Source: a virus
Taxonomy: Duplodnaviria; Caudoviricetes
IMG/VR virus record: IMGVR_UViG_2934051868_000003
Span: 29,878 to 93,877 of that record
Reading direction: 5' to 3' (one strand)
Length of the DNA stretch: 64,000 nt
Below are positions 26,041 through 35,384 of this stretch, in pieces. Both the position numbers and the translations under genes were made by a program. The notes below the pieces were generated by a model. That model worked only from the letters and a program-made list of their open reading frames with translations. It made no database searches and was not told the origin of the DNA. Positions within the stretch are counted from its first letter, which is position 1. Each line of letters opens with the position of its first letter.

Positions 26041-28058
26041 CAGCCCACAAGCGCGTAGATGAACCCGCGGCAGCGCAGCCCGCCCGCACAGGCTGGGTTG
26101 CGGCCCGTCGGCCGCGCAGCGAGCGCCCCGTCCAACGACGGGTATTCGGTGCCGTCCGCCTCCCGGCACGCCACGCACGTGTTCTTGTCCCGAGTTTCGC
26201 CGGCCTTGAAGCGGGTGCCGTCCGGCAGCGCACCCAACACCTGCTCCCGGCCCACACCCTGAGCGGTCAGCGCCGCATCCGACAGGCTGCCCGCCACCAA
26301 ACCCGCAGACTTGGGCTGCGACAGGTCGGTGAGCGCGTCCGCGACGGCGGCCCGCACCTGGCCTTCGTCGGCGCCGCTGTGCGCCATCGCCACCCGCGAC
26401 GCCGCCGACCGGTACCCGCCGACGATCAGATCCACAACCCCGCGGGCCAGATCGCCGAGCCGGGCGCGGGTGGCCGCGTCGAGCGTGGCGTCGACCTGCC
26501 GGATCGGCGCCACCTCGACGGCAGTCATCGCCGCCGCCGACGTCGCCGCCGCCAGCAGCCCCGCCGACACCACCCCCGTCAACGCCGCCGTCGCCGAGGC
26601 AGGCACAGCCAACCCGGCCAACCCGGCGAGAGCACCACCGGCTGTCTCCGCAGCAACCGCCGCGGCGAGCGCGGTAACCAGCGGCCCGGACGCGTTCTGC
26701 CACCGTCCGGTCATCTCCGTGACGGCCTGGTCGTGGGCGGCGTCCAACGCCTCTACATCCGTTGGCGGCTGGGATGGTGCCGCAGCAGCCACCGCCTCAC
26801 CCCGCGCGGGCACCTTCGCAGGCGGCCCCGCCGGGAGCGGCTTCGGCGCATCCTGCCGCTCAGGTAGCCGGTACTCGCGGCGCACCCACGCTTCAAGCCC
26901 CGGATCCGCGGCGAGGGCACCCGAGTTCAGCAGTAGTTGCAGCGACTCGGCGGTCACCTCACGACGGGACCCGATACCCGACACCACCACACGCGGTACC
27001 GGCTCGTCCTCGCCCCAGTTCCAGTCGACGATCCGCGCCGCCGCCTGCCGGGTGGTCGCGTCGGCTACGGACTCCGCCTCGGATTCGAGGGCCAACGTCC
27101 AGGAGTCGATGAACGCTGTGCCCAACGCTCGTGACCCCGACTCCGACGTACCCAGGTCGAGGTGCGGCATCAGCACCGATGTGGCGATTTCCTGGTTCAG
27201 GAACCGGATGAACGCCACCGTGTCAGGCACGGACCCCGTCAACCCGACGATCTTCATCGTGAAGTTCGGGGGAACCGCCGCGCCGGCCTGGTCCCCGGCG
27301 CGTGCCGCCGACGCCATGCGCTGCGCCTCGGCGAGCTGCCCCGGCGTCGGGTTGGTTCCCGGCAGCGCCTCAGCGACGGCTACCCCTGCACCCCACCGCC
27401 GGTTCATGATCGCGGCGACGCGAAGCATCTCCGCTTTCAGCAGCCACGGCCGGTACGCCGCCCGCAACAGCGAGACACCCTGCCAAGAGGCACCCTCACG
27501 GTTCCGGGAGTAGAACACCAGCCGGTCCGCCGGAATCTGCGGACCCCGCCGCCGCAGCCCCGTCACCTGCTGGTCGATACCCAACAGCGCGCCGGTGCGC
27601 GGGTCGGCGTGAATGTTCGAGATCGTCGCCGGGATCCGCTCCGCCAACGCGGCAAGCCGCGCCCGCCCGTCACCGTCGACCTCGGCCTGCATCTCGAAGG
27701 CGTAATGCCCGAACACCTGCGACAGCAACGCCGACCGCAGATGATCATTCCAGGACACGCCCCGGCGCCGGAACCCCGACGGCCGATCCTGGCCGACCAC
27801 GTTCAAACCGAGGCAGTCGGCGACGAGCTGCGTCACCTCGGGCCGACAACCCGACCCGTCGAGCTGCCACTGCGCCCGCCGCAACTGCAATGCGTATCCG
27901 TCGATGATGGCGCGCAGCCGCGAGTCGGTGCGCATCTCGCTGTACACGGACACAGACGCCGGGTACAGCAGCGACGGAATGTGCTCGTAGACGTCAACGA
28001 CGAGGGTTCCGAACTGCCGGTCGTCGACCATGCCGAGCAGTGAGGTGGGGGCAGACAT
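26040..28058 (-). CDS. Portal protein (DUF935/Mu gp29-like) fused to a MuF-like C-terminus
   Basis: G.SLLR.AY..W..K, GSRALG; C-terminal D.NTC..C...C.GG.RCRG. Confidence 0.85.
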   Translation of the reverse strand: MSAPTSLLGMVDDRQFGTLVVDVYEHIPSLLYPASVSVYSEMRTDSRLRAIIDGYALQLRRAQWQLDGSGCRPEVTQLVADCLGLNVVGQDRPSGFRRRGVSWNDHLRSALLSQVFGHYAFEMQAEVDGDGRARLAALAERIPATISNIHADPRTGALLGIDQQVTGLRRRGPQIPADRLVFYSRNREGASWQGVSLLRAAYRPWLLKAEMLRVAAIMNRRWGAGVAVAEALPGTNPTPGQLAEAQRMASAARAGDQAGAAVPPNFTMKIVGLTGSVPDTVAFIRFLNQEIATSVLMPHLDLGTSESGSRALGTAFIDSWTLALESEAESVADATTRQAAARIVDWNWGEDEPVPRVVVSGIGSRREVTAESLQLLLNSGALAADPGLEAWVRREYRLPERQDAPKPLPAGPPAKVPARGEAVAAAAPSQPPTDVEALDAAHDQAVTEMTGRWQNASGPLVTALAAAVAAETAGGALAGLAGLAVPASATAALTGVVSAGLLAAATSAAAMTAVEVAPIRQVDATLDAATRARLGDLARGVVDLIVGGYRSAASRVAMAHSGADEGQVRAAVADALTDLSQPKSAGLVAGSLSDAALTAQGVGREQVLGALPDGTRFKAGETRDKNTCVACREADGTEYPSLDGALAARPTGRNPACAGGLRCRGFIYALVG

Positions 28059-28084
28059 CAGTCACCCCCACAACAGCCAGTCTT

Positions 28085-30136
28085 CTACAGCGGCTCGCTC
28101 GCCCAGTCCACGTCCCGAACCTCCGGCAACTCCACCCGGTCAACCGCTGGTTGGGGATGCGCCTGCACCGGCGGCGGTGCCCACTGCGTCGCCGACGCGA
28201 ACACAGCCAACGCCAGCGCCGTCACCGACCCGTCGAATCGGCTACTCGGAAACGCCAGGAACTCCGACGTCCACTGCTCCCGCCAATCCGCCTCACCTGG
28301 CAGCCACACGCGTCCCGCAGAGACGGCGGACGACGCCGGCAACGCCCGGCCCAGCCGGTCCGGGTCGATGTCCAGCGGTGTCACCACCACACCAGGAAGC
28401 GACAAACCCGCCTTGATGAGCGACGCGAACTGCTGTCGGGTCACGTAGGTGGCGTCCACAGCCCAACCGCGCGCCGCGTCGGCGACCACCTGAAGTGGGT
28501 TACTGTCACCGACTCGGCAGCGTTCACGGGCCAGCAGCAGCAGGTGCCCTTCAAGGGTGCGACCCCACACGGCAGCCACAGTGAAGTCGGCGCCGCCGTC
28601 CTCGCCCGCCGCGATATGGGCGGTGGCAAACAGCCACATCGACGCGACAGGCCACGTCCGGCCGCCGTACGCCACACCGCGGCTACCGTCGTCGGCTCGC
28701 GCCCACGACCAGTACCGCCAGTACATGCGGCCGAACAGATCCCCGCCAGCCGGAGCGACGGCGGTCAGCATGAGCGCGTCAGCGCGGTCCGGGGACGGCA
28801 TGCCCCGCTTCCGCATCTCATCCTTCGACTCGATCTGAATCTGACCGCGCGACGTGAACCGATACTTGATCGCACCCAACTGCGCGGCCACACCCTCATC
28901 GGCGGGGTCCAAGTCGATGTCGCCGTCCTCGAACCGGCTGCGCAACGCCCAAAACCATTCGGAGCGGGCGTTGAGGAACCGTTCCCGATCCGACGCGGCG
29001 GCGCCGGCCTGCATGTCCAGCACCCCGTAGCCAAGCTCCGTCAACCGGTCCACAACCCCGGCGCCGACGCCGACACCGTCCACGCGGATCTCATCCGCGC
29101 CCGTCTCCCGTTTCGCGTCGATAACTCGGCCGGTGGTTTCGGTGGTGGCCTGTTTCGTGTACTCGCCGACCAGCCTTGCGACCGGGCCGTTGCGGACGTA
29201 GATGACGGTGCGGTCGGAACCGAACCGGGCCACGTCCACACCCAGGATGCCGCGGCCGGCCCGTTCGAGGCTGCGCTGTTGGGCGGCCTCAATCCAGGCG
29301 GGCGGGATGAGAACGTCTTCGCCGATCTCCGGGAACTCGCCGAGCACCTTCGACACGTAGCGGGGGGAGTCCTCACCCCAGCGGCGTTTCTTGTCCTCCA
29401 CCCACTCGGGGTCGAGCATCAGCGGACGCAGATCGTCGGGAAACGGCTCGTCGGTGAAGTTGGGGGTGTCAAACGCTGAGATGCCGATGACGTTCCAACC
29501 CGAGCCGGGCTTGCACACGTCACCGAACTCGGTGTTCGGATCGTCAGGATTCGCGACGGCAAGGATCCGGCAGTCCTTGTTCGTCGTGATCGCTTCAACA
29601 GCCGTCCACAGCTGTCGAGGCACGCCGCATGCTTCGTCGATGATCACGAGAACGTATCGGCGGTGGATGCCCTGAAAGCCGTGGACATCGGTGTCAGCGG
29701 GCTTGCGGCCCCAGCCGATGAGCGTGCCATCCGCAAGCTGCCACTGGTCGGACAGCAGGACTCGGCCTGGTAGAGGGTTGCCCCTGCCGGCTGCCTTCTT
29801 CGCGGCACCCCTGATCTCTTCCCAGAGGATGCCGTGTATCTGCTGATAGGTCGGCGCTGTGCTGACGACAAACGCCTCACCGGGCGGGTGAACATCCAGC
29901 CAGTACGAGGCAATGCGGGAAGCGAGGAACGACTTCCCGGAGTTGTGGCAACTGCGGACGGCAGTCCGCCTGTTGTTGACGACCGATAGGGCGATTTGCT
30001 GCTGCTTGCTCCAGAGATGTTCGCCCAGCCGGTCGGCGACCCAGCCGGCGGGATCACCAGAGAATGGGTGCGGGGCCGGCGGTTCGAATGCTCTGGCGGC
30101 CAACTCGAACGGTGACACGACAGCGGTCACCGTCAC
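28085..30136 (-). CDS. terL: Terminase large subunit with an extra C-terminal nuclease-like domain
   Basis: Walker A SCHNSGKS, Walker B IIDEA, GVDVARFGSD, SPDRADA. Confidence 0.93.
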   Translation of the reverse strand: MTVTAVVSPFELAARAFEPPAPHPFSGDPAGWVADRLGEHLWSKQQQIALSVVNNRRTAVRSCHNSGKSFLASRIASYWLDVHPPGEAFVVSTAPTYQQIHGILWEEIRGAAKKAAGRGNPLPGRVLLSDQWQLADGTLIGWGRKPADTDVHGFQGIHRRYVLVIIDEACGVPRQLWTAVEAITTNKDCRILAVANPDDPNTEFGDVCKPGSGWNVIGISAFDTPNFTDEPFPDDLRPLMLDPEWVEDKKRRWGEDSPRYVSKVLGEFPEIGEDVLIPPAWIEAAQQRSLERAGRGILGVDVARFGSDRTVIYVRNGPVARLVGEYTKQATTETTGRVIDAKRETGADEIRVDGVGVGAGVVDRLTELGYGVLDMQAGAAASDRERFLNARSEWFWALRSRFEDGDIDLDPADEGVAAQLGAIKYRFTSRGQIQIESKDEMRKRGMPSPDRADALMLTAVAPAGGDLFGRMYWRYWSWARADDGSRGVAYGGRTWPVASMWLFATAHIAAGEDGGADFTVAAVWGRTLEGHLLLLARERCRVGDSNPLQVVADAARGWAVDATYVTRQQFASLIKAGLSLPGVVVTPLDIDPDRLGRALPASSAVSAGRVWLPGEADWREQWTSEFLAFPSSRFDGSVTALALAVFASATQWAPPPVQAHPQPAVDRVELPEVRDVDWASEPL

Positions 30137-30143
30137 CGCCCCC

Positions 30144-31247
30144 TTAGACCGGCACCATCCCCGAGCCTGCCAGGAACATGCCAGCAACCTTGACCGCACG
30201 CACGCGTCGACGTGTGACTGCCTCTACCGACACCACCGTTCGGTGGGTGTGGCGGCGATCAGCCTCGCCCGACCATCGTGAAGCCTTCCGGGGTAGGGCG
30301 AACGGGCATTCGGTCGGTGTGAAGTTCACGTGCCAGTAGTGGTAGATATCGCCTGGCCGGTTCGGGTGCGGTCGGGACTGCGCGGTCATGAACGCCCGCC
30401 AGCCGAGACTGCGAACCAACTCCACCAAGCCTTCGGCGAGGACGCGGTCACGTTGCTCGACTGCGGCGGATCTGGCGCCCATCCAGAAACCGTCGGTGTC
30501 CATGAACCCGCGTAGGAGGTCCAGCCTCTGCTGGCGGCTTCCCCGCAGGTATCCCTGGGGAAAGTGCTTGTTCTGGAAGACGCCGGCAGCCTTCAACTGC
30601 GTCTTGCCCCTGCCCTTGTGGTCGGGCAAATTGAGCACTCCGTCATCCGGGCGGAACCCGAAGTCAACGCTGCGGTCCCTCACTCGCGCGGCACGCATCG
30701 ACACCGCCATGCCCTGCCGGCGGAACTCTTCGATCATCCACTGGTCGCACGTCGTCATCGTGGCGCTGTCCTTGCACCCGTCACCCAGCCATGCCCCCAG
30801 CACGTACGGCGGAAGAGGCAAGTCGCCGTCGCCGAGTTCAAGTGGACGGCAGAGGGGGATGCTCCAGTTGCTCGCGCTCGACGCGCCGATCTTCGAACGT
30901 CGTTCGAGAGCCGGCCCGAGAACCCGCTCCGCTAGATCCCATCGGTCGCGCCAGTCGACTACACCTTGGCGCGCTCTGGCCCGCCGACCAGAGTTGATCG
31001 CAGACCAGGAGTTGCCGGAATGTGCGATCAGCTCGGCCCCATCATCGAAGCGCACCTTTTGGCAGGTTCGGTACGTGGTGGGGTCTGTGACCGCGAGAAC
31101 CGGCGTCGCGTATCCGCGCTCATCCAGCAGCTCCACGCCAGGCCGAAGATCAAGAATCGTCGTCCACCCGGTCGGGGTGGCAAGAGGCGTGTCGAGTGTG
31201 AACGCCTTGAACCCTGGATCGGCGAGGTCCCCGCTGATACAAACCAT
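30144..31247 (-). CDS. Free-standing degenerate intein (Hint + LAGLIDADG endonuclease)
   Basis: AFTLDTPLATPTGW start; LGAWLGDG and LRGFMDTDG; ends MVPV-stop without His-Asn. Confidence 0.85.
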   Translation of the reverse strand: MVCISGDLADPGFKAFTLDTPLATPTGWTTILDLRPGVELLDERGYATPVLAVTDPTTYRTCQKVRFDDGAELIAHSGNSWSAINSGRRARARQGVVDWRDRWDLAERVLGPALERRSKIGASSASNWSIPLCRPLELGDGDLPLPPYVLGAWLGDGCKDSATMTTCDQWMIEEFRRQGMAVSMRAARVRDRSVDFGFRPDDGVLNLPDHKGRGKTQLKAAGVFQNKHFPQGYLRGSRQQRLDLLRGFMDTDGFWMGARSAAVEQRDRVLAEGLVELVRSLGWRAFMTAQSRPHPNRPGDIYHYWHVNFTPTECPFALPRKASRWSGEADRRHTHRTVVSVEAVTRRRVRAVKVAGMFLAGSGMVPV

Positions 31248-31253
31248 GTCGCT

Positions 31254-31304
31254 AGTTTACCCAACACTGTTGGGTAGATGGGCTTCGCCCTACGCTGTTG
31301 GGTA
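31254..31304. promoter_or_regulatory. Divergent leaderless promoters with palindrome TACCCAACA-C-TGTTGGGTA (31258-31276) and a half site at 31295-31304
   Basis: -10 TAAACT (minus) and TACGCT (plus), each 6-7 nt from an ATG. Confidence 0.7.
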
Positions 31305-31498
31305 TGGAGGGATACCTGACCACCGCCGAGGCGGCCACCAAGCTCGGGCTGACATCCCGGACCATGTACTACTACGCCCGCGACCACGCAGACTTCCCTC
31401 AACCCCAGCGATTCGGACGCGCGCTCATGTGGCCCGCCGCAGCGCTCGAAGCGTGGCGCACCAAACACCCCGCGCGGCCCCGCCAGCCGAACGGCTGA
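31304..31498 (+). CDS. AlpA/excisionase-like HTH regulator
   Basis: YLTTAEAA..LG...T.Y.Y...FPQP..FGR...W. Confidence 0.85.
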   Translation: MEGYLTTAEAATKLGLTSRTMYYYARDHADFPQPQRFGRALMWPAAALEAWRTKHPARPRQPNG

Positions 31499-31543
31499 CT
31501 ATCTGGCCCATTCAGGGGTGCAACCCCTCATCGGCCGAACGGA

Positions 31544-32134
31544 CTAGGCGACCGCCCGCAGATGCCGGGGAACCACCGTGCCGACCTTCGCCTGCTGCTC
31601 CGGCGTCAAATCCAGATCCCCCAGGATCGCCTTGATGACGCCCGCCAGCATCGCGCCCTGCTGCTCGGCCAGCCGAACCTTCCGCTCCTCAATCCCGGCG
31701 GAGATCGCCTCCTTGGCGACCTTCACCAAGTGGGCGCGTTCGCGCTGCCACAGCTGCACCCAGATGTTCACCTCGGCGGCGCGGGTGGTGTCCACGCCGG
31801 GGAACTCGCCCGCGTCCTTGGTGACCTCTTCGGTGACACCCCAGACGACTTGGTCCGCTTGGAGGGCCTGCACCTGCTGGTGCAGCCAGTCGACGGCCCC
31901 GGCGGTGCGGTACACCTCTTCAAGGAGCGCATCTCGGGGGTCAATCTCGCGGGGCAGGCCGAACGTCGCTACAGCCTTCTCGGCGAGCACGCGTTCTGCC
32001 GCTTTTCGGTGCGTCGGGGTGTTGCCGCCATGAAGACGGCACCGGCCAGACTTATTTGGCGTTCCCCAACCTTGAGGCTTCCGGCATGTATCGCCGCCCC
32101 TCTTTGCCGCTCCGCAGCGCTCCGTCTCGGGCAC
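31544..32134 (-). CDS. terS: Terminase small subunit (HGGxxP motif)
   Basis: CGA...C...GRCRLHGG.TP; helical body; upstream of terL. Confidence 0.75.
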   Translation of the reverse strand: MPETERCGAAKRGGDTCRKPQGWGTPNKSGRCRLHGGNTPTHRKAAERVLAEKAVATFGLPREIDPRDALLEEVYRTAGAVDWLHQQVQALQADQVVWGVTEEVTKDAGEFPGVDTTRAAEVNIWVQLWQRERAHLVKVAKEAISAGIEERKVRLAEQQGAMLAGVIKAILGDLDLTPEQQAKVGTVVPRHLRAVA

Positions 32135-32936
32135 GTCTCACCGCCTTCAGCGCAGACAGCGACGCGGATGTGTTGGCAGCTTCGAGGGCCGCTTCGATCT
32201 CATCCCAGTGGTCGGCCGACAGCCAAACGCCAAGACGACGGTTTGCGATCTGCTGCGAAGGGGTCGCCCACCGACAGTTGTCGGGGGTGTAGTTGCCATC
32301 CACGTTGATGCGATCGAGTGTCATGCCTTCCGGGCGTTCACCCATGTCGTGAAGGAAGGCGCCGAAGTTGTCGCGCCATCGGTCGCAAACCTCGATCCCC
32401 CGGCCGCCAAAGCTGGCGTAGCCGTTGGTGCTCGGGCGGTAGCAGCGATCACGCATCGCTTGCCATGACCGATAGGTGGGTGACGGGGTCGGCCGCCGGT
32501 GCCCGTGCTCCCTGTTGCTCTTGCCTACCGCGGACCAGCGAGCCTTGCTCTGGCATCCGCAGTGGTCCCACCCTGGTAGGCGCTGCTCAAGTTTGAGTAT
32601 CGAGATGACCTTTGAGCCGCCGCAGTCGCAGTCGGCGCGTACCTGAAGATTGCCGGATCGAGCTACCGGCGGGGCTTCTTCCCTGACGGTGAGAGCGCCG
32701 AAACGCCGCCCGATTAGAGGCGCGATCTTCGCGGCACGTTGCTCAGCACGCGTGTCGATCTCGTGGCGCTTTACTGCCCGCTGCACTGTTGACGGGCCGC
32801 AACCGATCTCAGCCGCAATCTGGCGCACCCCTCGGGTGCCTACTTGGCGGCGGAGCCAGTCGCGATCCGCGAGCTTCCTACGCCAAGGTTCCCCGGTCGT
32901 GCCTTCCATGGCCAACTTAACGCTGTGTTTTTCCAT
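32052..32936 (-). CDS. HNH homing endonuclease with N-terminal HTH
   Basis: GGRGI.VC.RW..F..DMG.RP...LDRI.VDGNY...NCRWAT; -10 TATACT just upstream. Confidence 0.85.
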   Translation of the reverse strand: MEKHSVKLAMEGTTGEPWRRKLADRDWLRRQVGTRGVRQIAAEIGCGPSTVQRAVKRHEIDTRAEQRAAKIAPLIGRRFGALTVREEAPPVARSGNLQVRADCDCGGSKVISILKLEQRLPGWDHCGCQSKARWSAVGKSNREHGHRRPTPSPTYRSWQAMRDRCYRPSTNGYASFGGRGIEVCDRWRDNFGAFLHDMGERPEGMTLDRINVDGNYTPDNCRWATPSQQIANRRLGVWLSADHWDEIEAALEAANTSASLSALKAVRRARDGALRSGKEGRRYMPEASRLGNAK

Positions 32937-33041
32937 TTACGCAGTATAAGGCCAATACCGGAATGACTCGTACCTGCCCGGGGGTGTTCCCGGCCCGCGC
33001 CCGGGGAGTGGGCGGTGCGGGCCGGGAACGTTGTGGGGCCG

Positions 33042-33431
33042 TCAGCGGAAGGTGTCGGTGCCCGGCTCGGTCGGCTCCTCGACGGGCGGGACCGGGGTGT
33101 CGGAGCCGTCGGCGTCGCCGACCTCCACGTCCAGCTCGCCGAGGGCGGCGGTGTGCCGGTCGAGGGCGGCGTTGGCGCGGTCGATGGCGGCCTGCTCCGC
33201 CTCGGTGGGGTTCTCCCGGTCGGCGATCATGGCGTCGCGGAAGGCGCGGAAGTCGGCGAGGACGTCGGCGGTGACGGTGGACAGGCTGTCAACCTTGGCG
33301 GTGACCTGGTCGAGCTGTTCGGCGGTGGTGGCCACTTGCTGCTCCATTCGATCGAGTTTGGTGTGGATGCTGTCGTCGCGGAGATAGGACGTCAGCCAGT
33401 CTCGGAAGGTGATCCGTTCGGGGGTGGGCAT
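33042..33431 (-). CDS. Hypothetical coiled-coil protein
   Basis: RBS GGAG; GC3-rich. Confidence 0.65.
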   Translation of the reverse strand: MPTPERITFRDWLTSYLRDDSIHTKLDRMEQQVATTAEQLDQVTAKVDSLSTVTADVLADFRAFRDAMIADRENPTEAEQAAIDRANAALDRHTAALGELDVEVGDADGSDTPVPPVEEPTEPGTDTFR

Positions 33432-33461
33432 CAGGTATCTCCCGACGGGTGGGGGCTGGTG

Positions 33462-33806
33462 TCAGGTGCGTAGTTCGATGAGCGCACTACGCGGACCGGG
33501 ATAGCGCTCGTTCGCGTGGGAAGCCGGCTGAATTTGGAAGTCGATGGGCAGGCCGGTCATGGCTTTGCCAAGCGCTGCGAACGCGAGGGTGACTGCGGCG
33601 AGTTTCGGGTTTGTTTCGGCGCTCTGGTTCCGGTCGCCGAAGCGTTCAGTGAACTCGTCGTCGGGCAGGATGAGGCGCACATCGACGTCGCGCCAGTCTT
33701 TGCGGTCGAGTGATGACCCGACGTGGTAGGGGACGTGGCCGAAGTAGTCGGTGACGATCACGCCGAACTTGGTCAGCCAGATCCCGGCGGGCATGCCTGT
33801 GCTCAC
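33462..33806 (-). CDS. Minimal Pol-beta-type nucleotidyltransferase-like protein
   Basis: VGSS...DVDV...IDFQ motif. Confidence 0.6.
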   Translation of the reverse strand: MSTGMPAGIWLTKFGVIVTDYFGHVPYHVGSSLDRKDWRDVDVRLILPDDEFTERFGDRNQSAETNPKLAAVTLAFAALGKAMTGLPIDFQIQPASHANERYPGPRSALIELRT

Positions 33807-34048
33807 TGGTCGTCTCCCCGCTCGGCGAGTGCCCGTTCGATGCGGTCGAGGCGGTCGCACACGTCCCGGTCGTCGGCCGCCTCGGAGGTGGCGAGTTCGC
33901 TCGCGAAGTTCGCGTACAGGGACACCAGGATCACGAACAGGATCGACTCAGCCCACCAGAGAGCGGCGGGGATGGCGAGCAGCACCCACATGCTGGCGAG
34001 CCCGCGGTGGATCCACACTTTGCGGCGTTGCCGGCGGCGCTTGTCCAT
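33803..34048 (-). CDS. Small 2-TM membrane protein
   Basis: RBS GGAGG; two hydrophobic helices. Confidence 0.7.
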   Translation of the reverse strand: MDKRRRQRRKVWIHRGLASMWVLLAIPAALWWAESILFVILVSLYANFASELATSEAADDRDVCDRLDRIERALAERGDDQ

Positions 34049-34164
34049 GCCCGCCTCCTGCCGCGGACAGGCAAAGGCCCCGCCGGACCGAAGTTGGACG
34101 GGGCCTATAAGAGATGTGGAGACAATGCTCCGCGGCCAATGTAGCCCGGCCGGGGCAGGATCCG

Positions 34165-34581
34165 CTAGCCGGGGCGTTCGGCGTGTCGCGCCCGGAGCAG
34201 GGCGGCTTTGGCGGCGAGGACGTCGCGGGCTAGGTAGGTGCGTTGCCGGCCGCGTTTTTTGAACTTGGGTAGCAGCTTCTGGTGGGGGTTTTCGGGGTGG
34301 TCGAGGTATGCCCAGTTGTGGATGGTTTTGGGGGCGACGTTGACAAGCTGGGCGGCTTCGATGGCGGTGAGTTCTTGGTGGGGTTCGACGACTTCCTGTC
34401 GTTCGAGCATCCACGTTTCGCCGCGGTCGCGGGCTGTCTGGTCGGCTTGCTGGCAGAGGTCGGGGCGGGCGGTGTTGAGGAGCGCCCGGTACATGGAGGC
34501 GATGCGGCGGGCGCGTTGGGTGGGGTCGTCGATGGGGTTGGGCCAGCGGGGGTTGGTTTGCTTGTCGTAGTCGGGTTTCAC
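34165..34581 (-). CDS. HTH DNA-binding protein (possible late regulator)
   Basis: LTAIEAAQLVNVAPKTIHNWA. Confidence 0.7.
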   Translation of the reverse strand: MKPDYDKQTNPRWPNPIDDPTQRARRIASMYRALLNTARPDLCQQADQTARDRGETWMLERQEVVEPHQELTAIEAAQLVNVAPKTIHNWAYLDHPENPHQKLLPKFKKRGRQRTYLARDVLAAKAALLRARHAERPG

Positions 34582-35384
34582 GCTGTCACCTGGCCGGGCC
34601 ATTCCAGGGCGGTCATGTACTGCTCGTAGTCGGTGTAGGGGCGGGTGTGGTGGCAGGCGGCGCAGTAGACGGTGGGTTGGTCTTCGGCGTGTCGGGGGGT
34701 GTCGCGCCAGAGGGGTCCACCTTCGGCCCATTCGGGGTCGCGGTCGCGAGCGGGGCAGTGCCAGCAGTCGCCGGGGATCCACGGTCGGGGGTGGGTGCGG
34801 CCGAGCATGCCGCGGGCGCGTTGGTGTAGCTGGGTGAGGTGGCCGATGGCGTCGGCGCCAGTCATGTCGGTGGGCTGGTCTTCACAGCCGGCCGGAAACA
34901 CGGTGGTCGCGGGCAGGCTGGCGAGGGTGCCGATGTGGGCGGCCAACAGTGTGGCGGCGCGTTGGACTTGGTGGCCGGGCCGTCCCGCACCGGTGGGGGT
35001 GGGGTGGGTGATGGTGGTGTGCCAGGCGGCTACCGGGGCGGCTTGTTCGGGTTGGGTGAGTCGGGCGGCTGCGCGGACTTCCTGTTCCCAGGTGGTGGCG
35101 GCGTGGACGATCTCAGCTTGCAGCGCTTGAACCTGTCCGGCGATGAGGAGTGGGGATTCGTGGCTGCCGGTGGTGCGGTCCCGCAGCGCCTGCGACAGGG
35201 ACGCCTCATGCAACTGTGCGAGGTCCAGGTAGTCGAGGGTGAGGGCGCGGATGTCTCGGGCGGGTAGGTCGAGGCACGGGGTGCACCAGGGGCCGGCGGT
35301 GGCGGGGCTGGCGGCTCGGGTGTCGGGCTGGTAGCCGTGGCATCGGGTGCCGTTGACGCAGAGGCTGGTGGTGGTGTCGTCCAT
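34578..35384 (-). CDS. Zinc-finger protein (possible late transcription regulator)
   Basis: C..C pairs at both termini; last early genes before packaging. Confidence 0.6.
   Translation of the reverse strand: MDDTTTSLCVNGTRCHGYQPDTRAASPATAGPWCTPCLDLPARDIRALTLDYLDLAQLHEASLSQALRDRTTGSHESPLLIAGQVQALQAEIVHAATTWEQEVRAAARLTQPEQAAPVAAWHTTITHPTPTGAGRPGHQVQRAATLLAAHIGTLASLPATTVFPAGCEDQPTDMTGADAIGHLTQLHQRARGMLGRTHPRPWIPGDCWHCPARDRDPEWAEGGPLWRDTPRHAEDQPTVYCAACHHTRPYTDYEQYMTALEWPGQVTA

Noticed and set aside
30144-31247. Functional intein within TerL
   Set aside because: Separate ORF with its own stop, no exteins and missing splicing residues.
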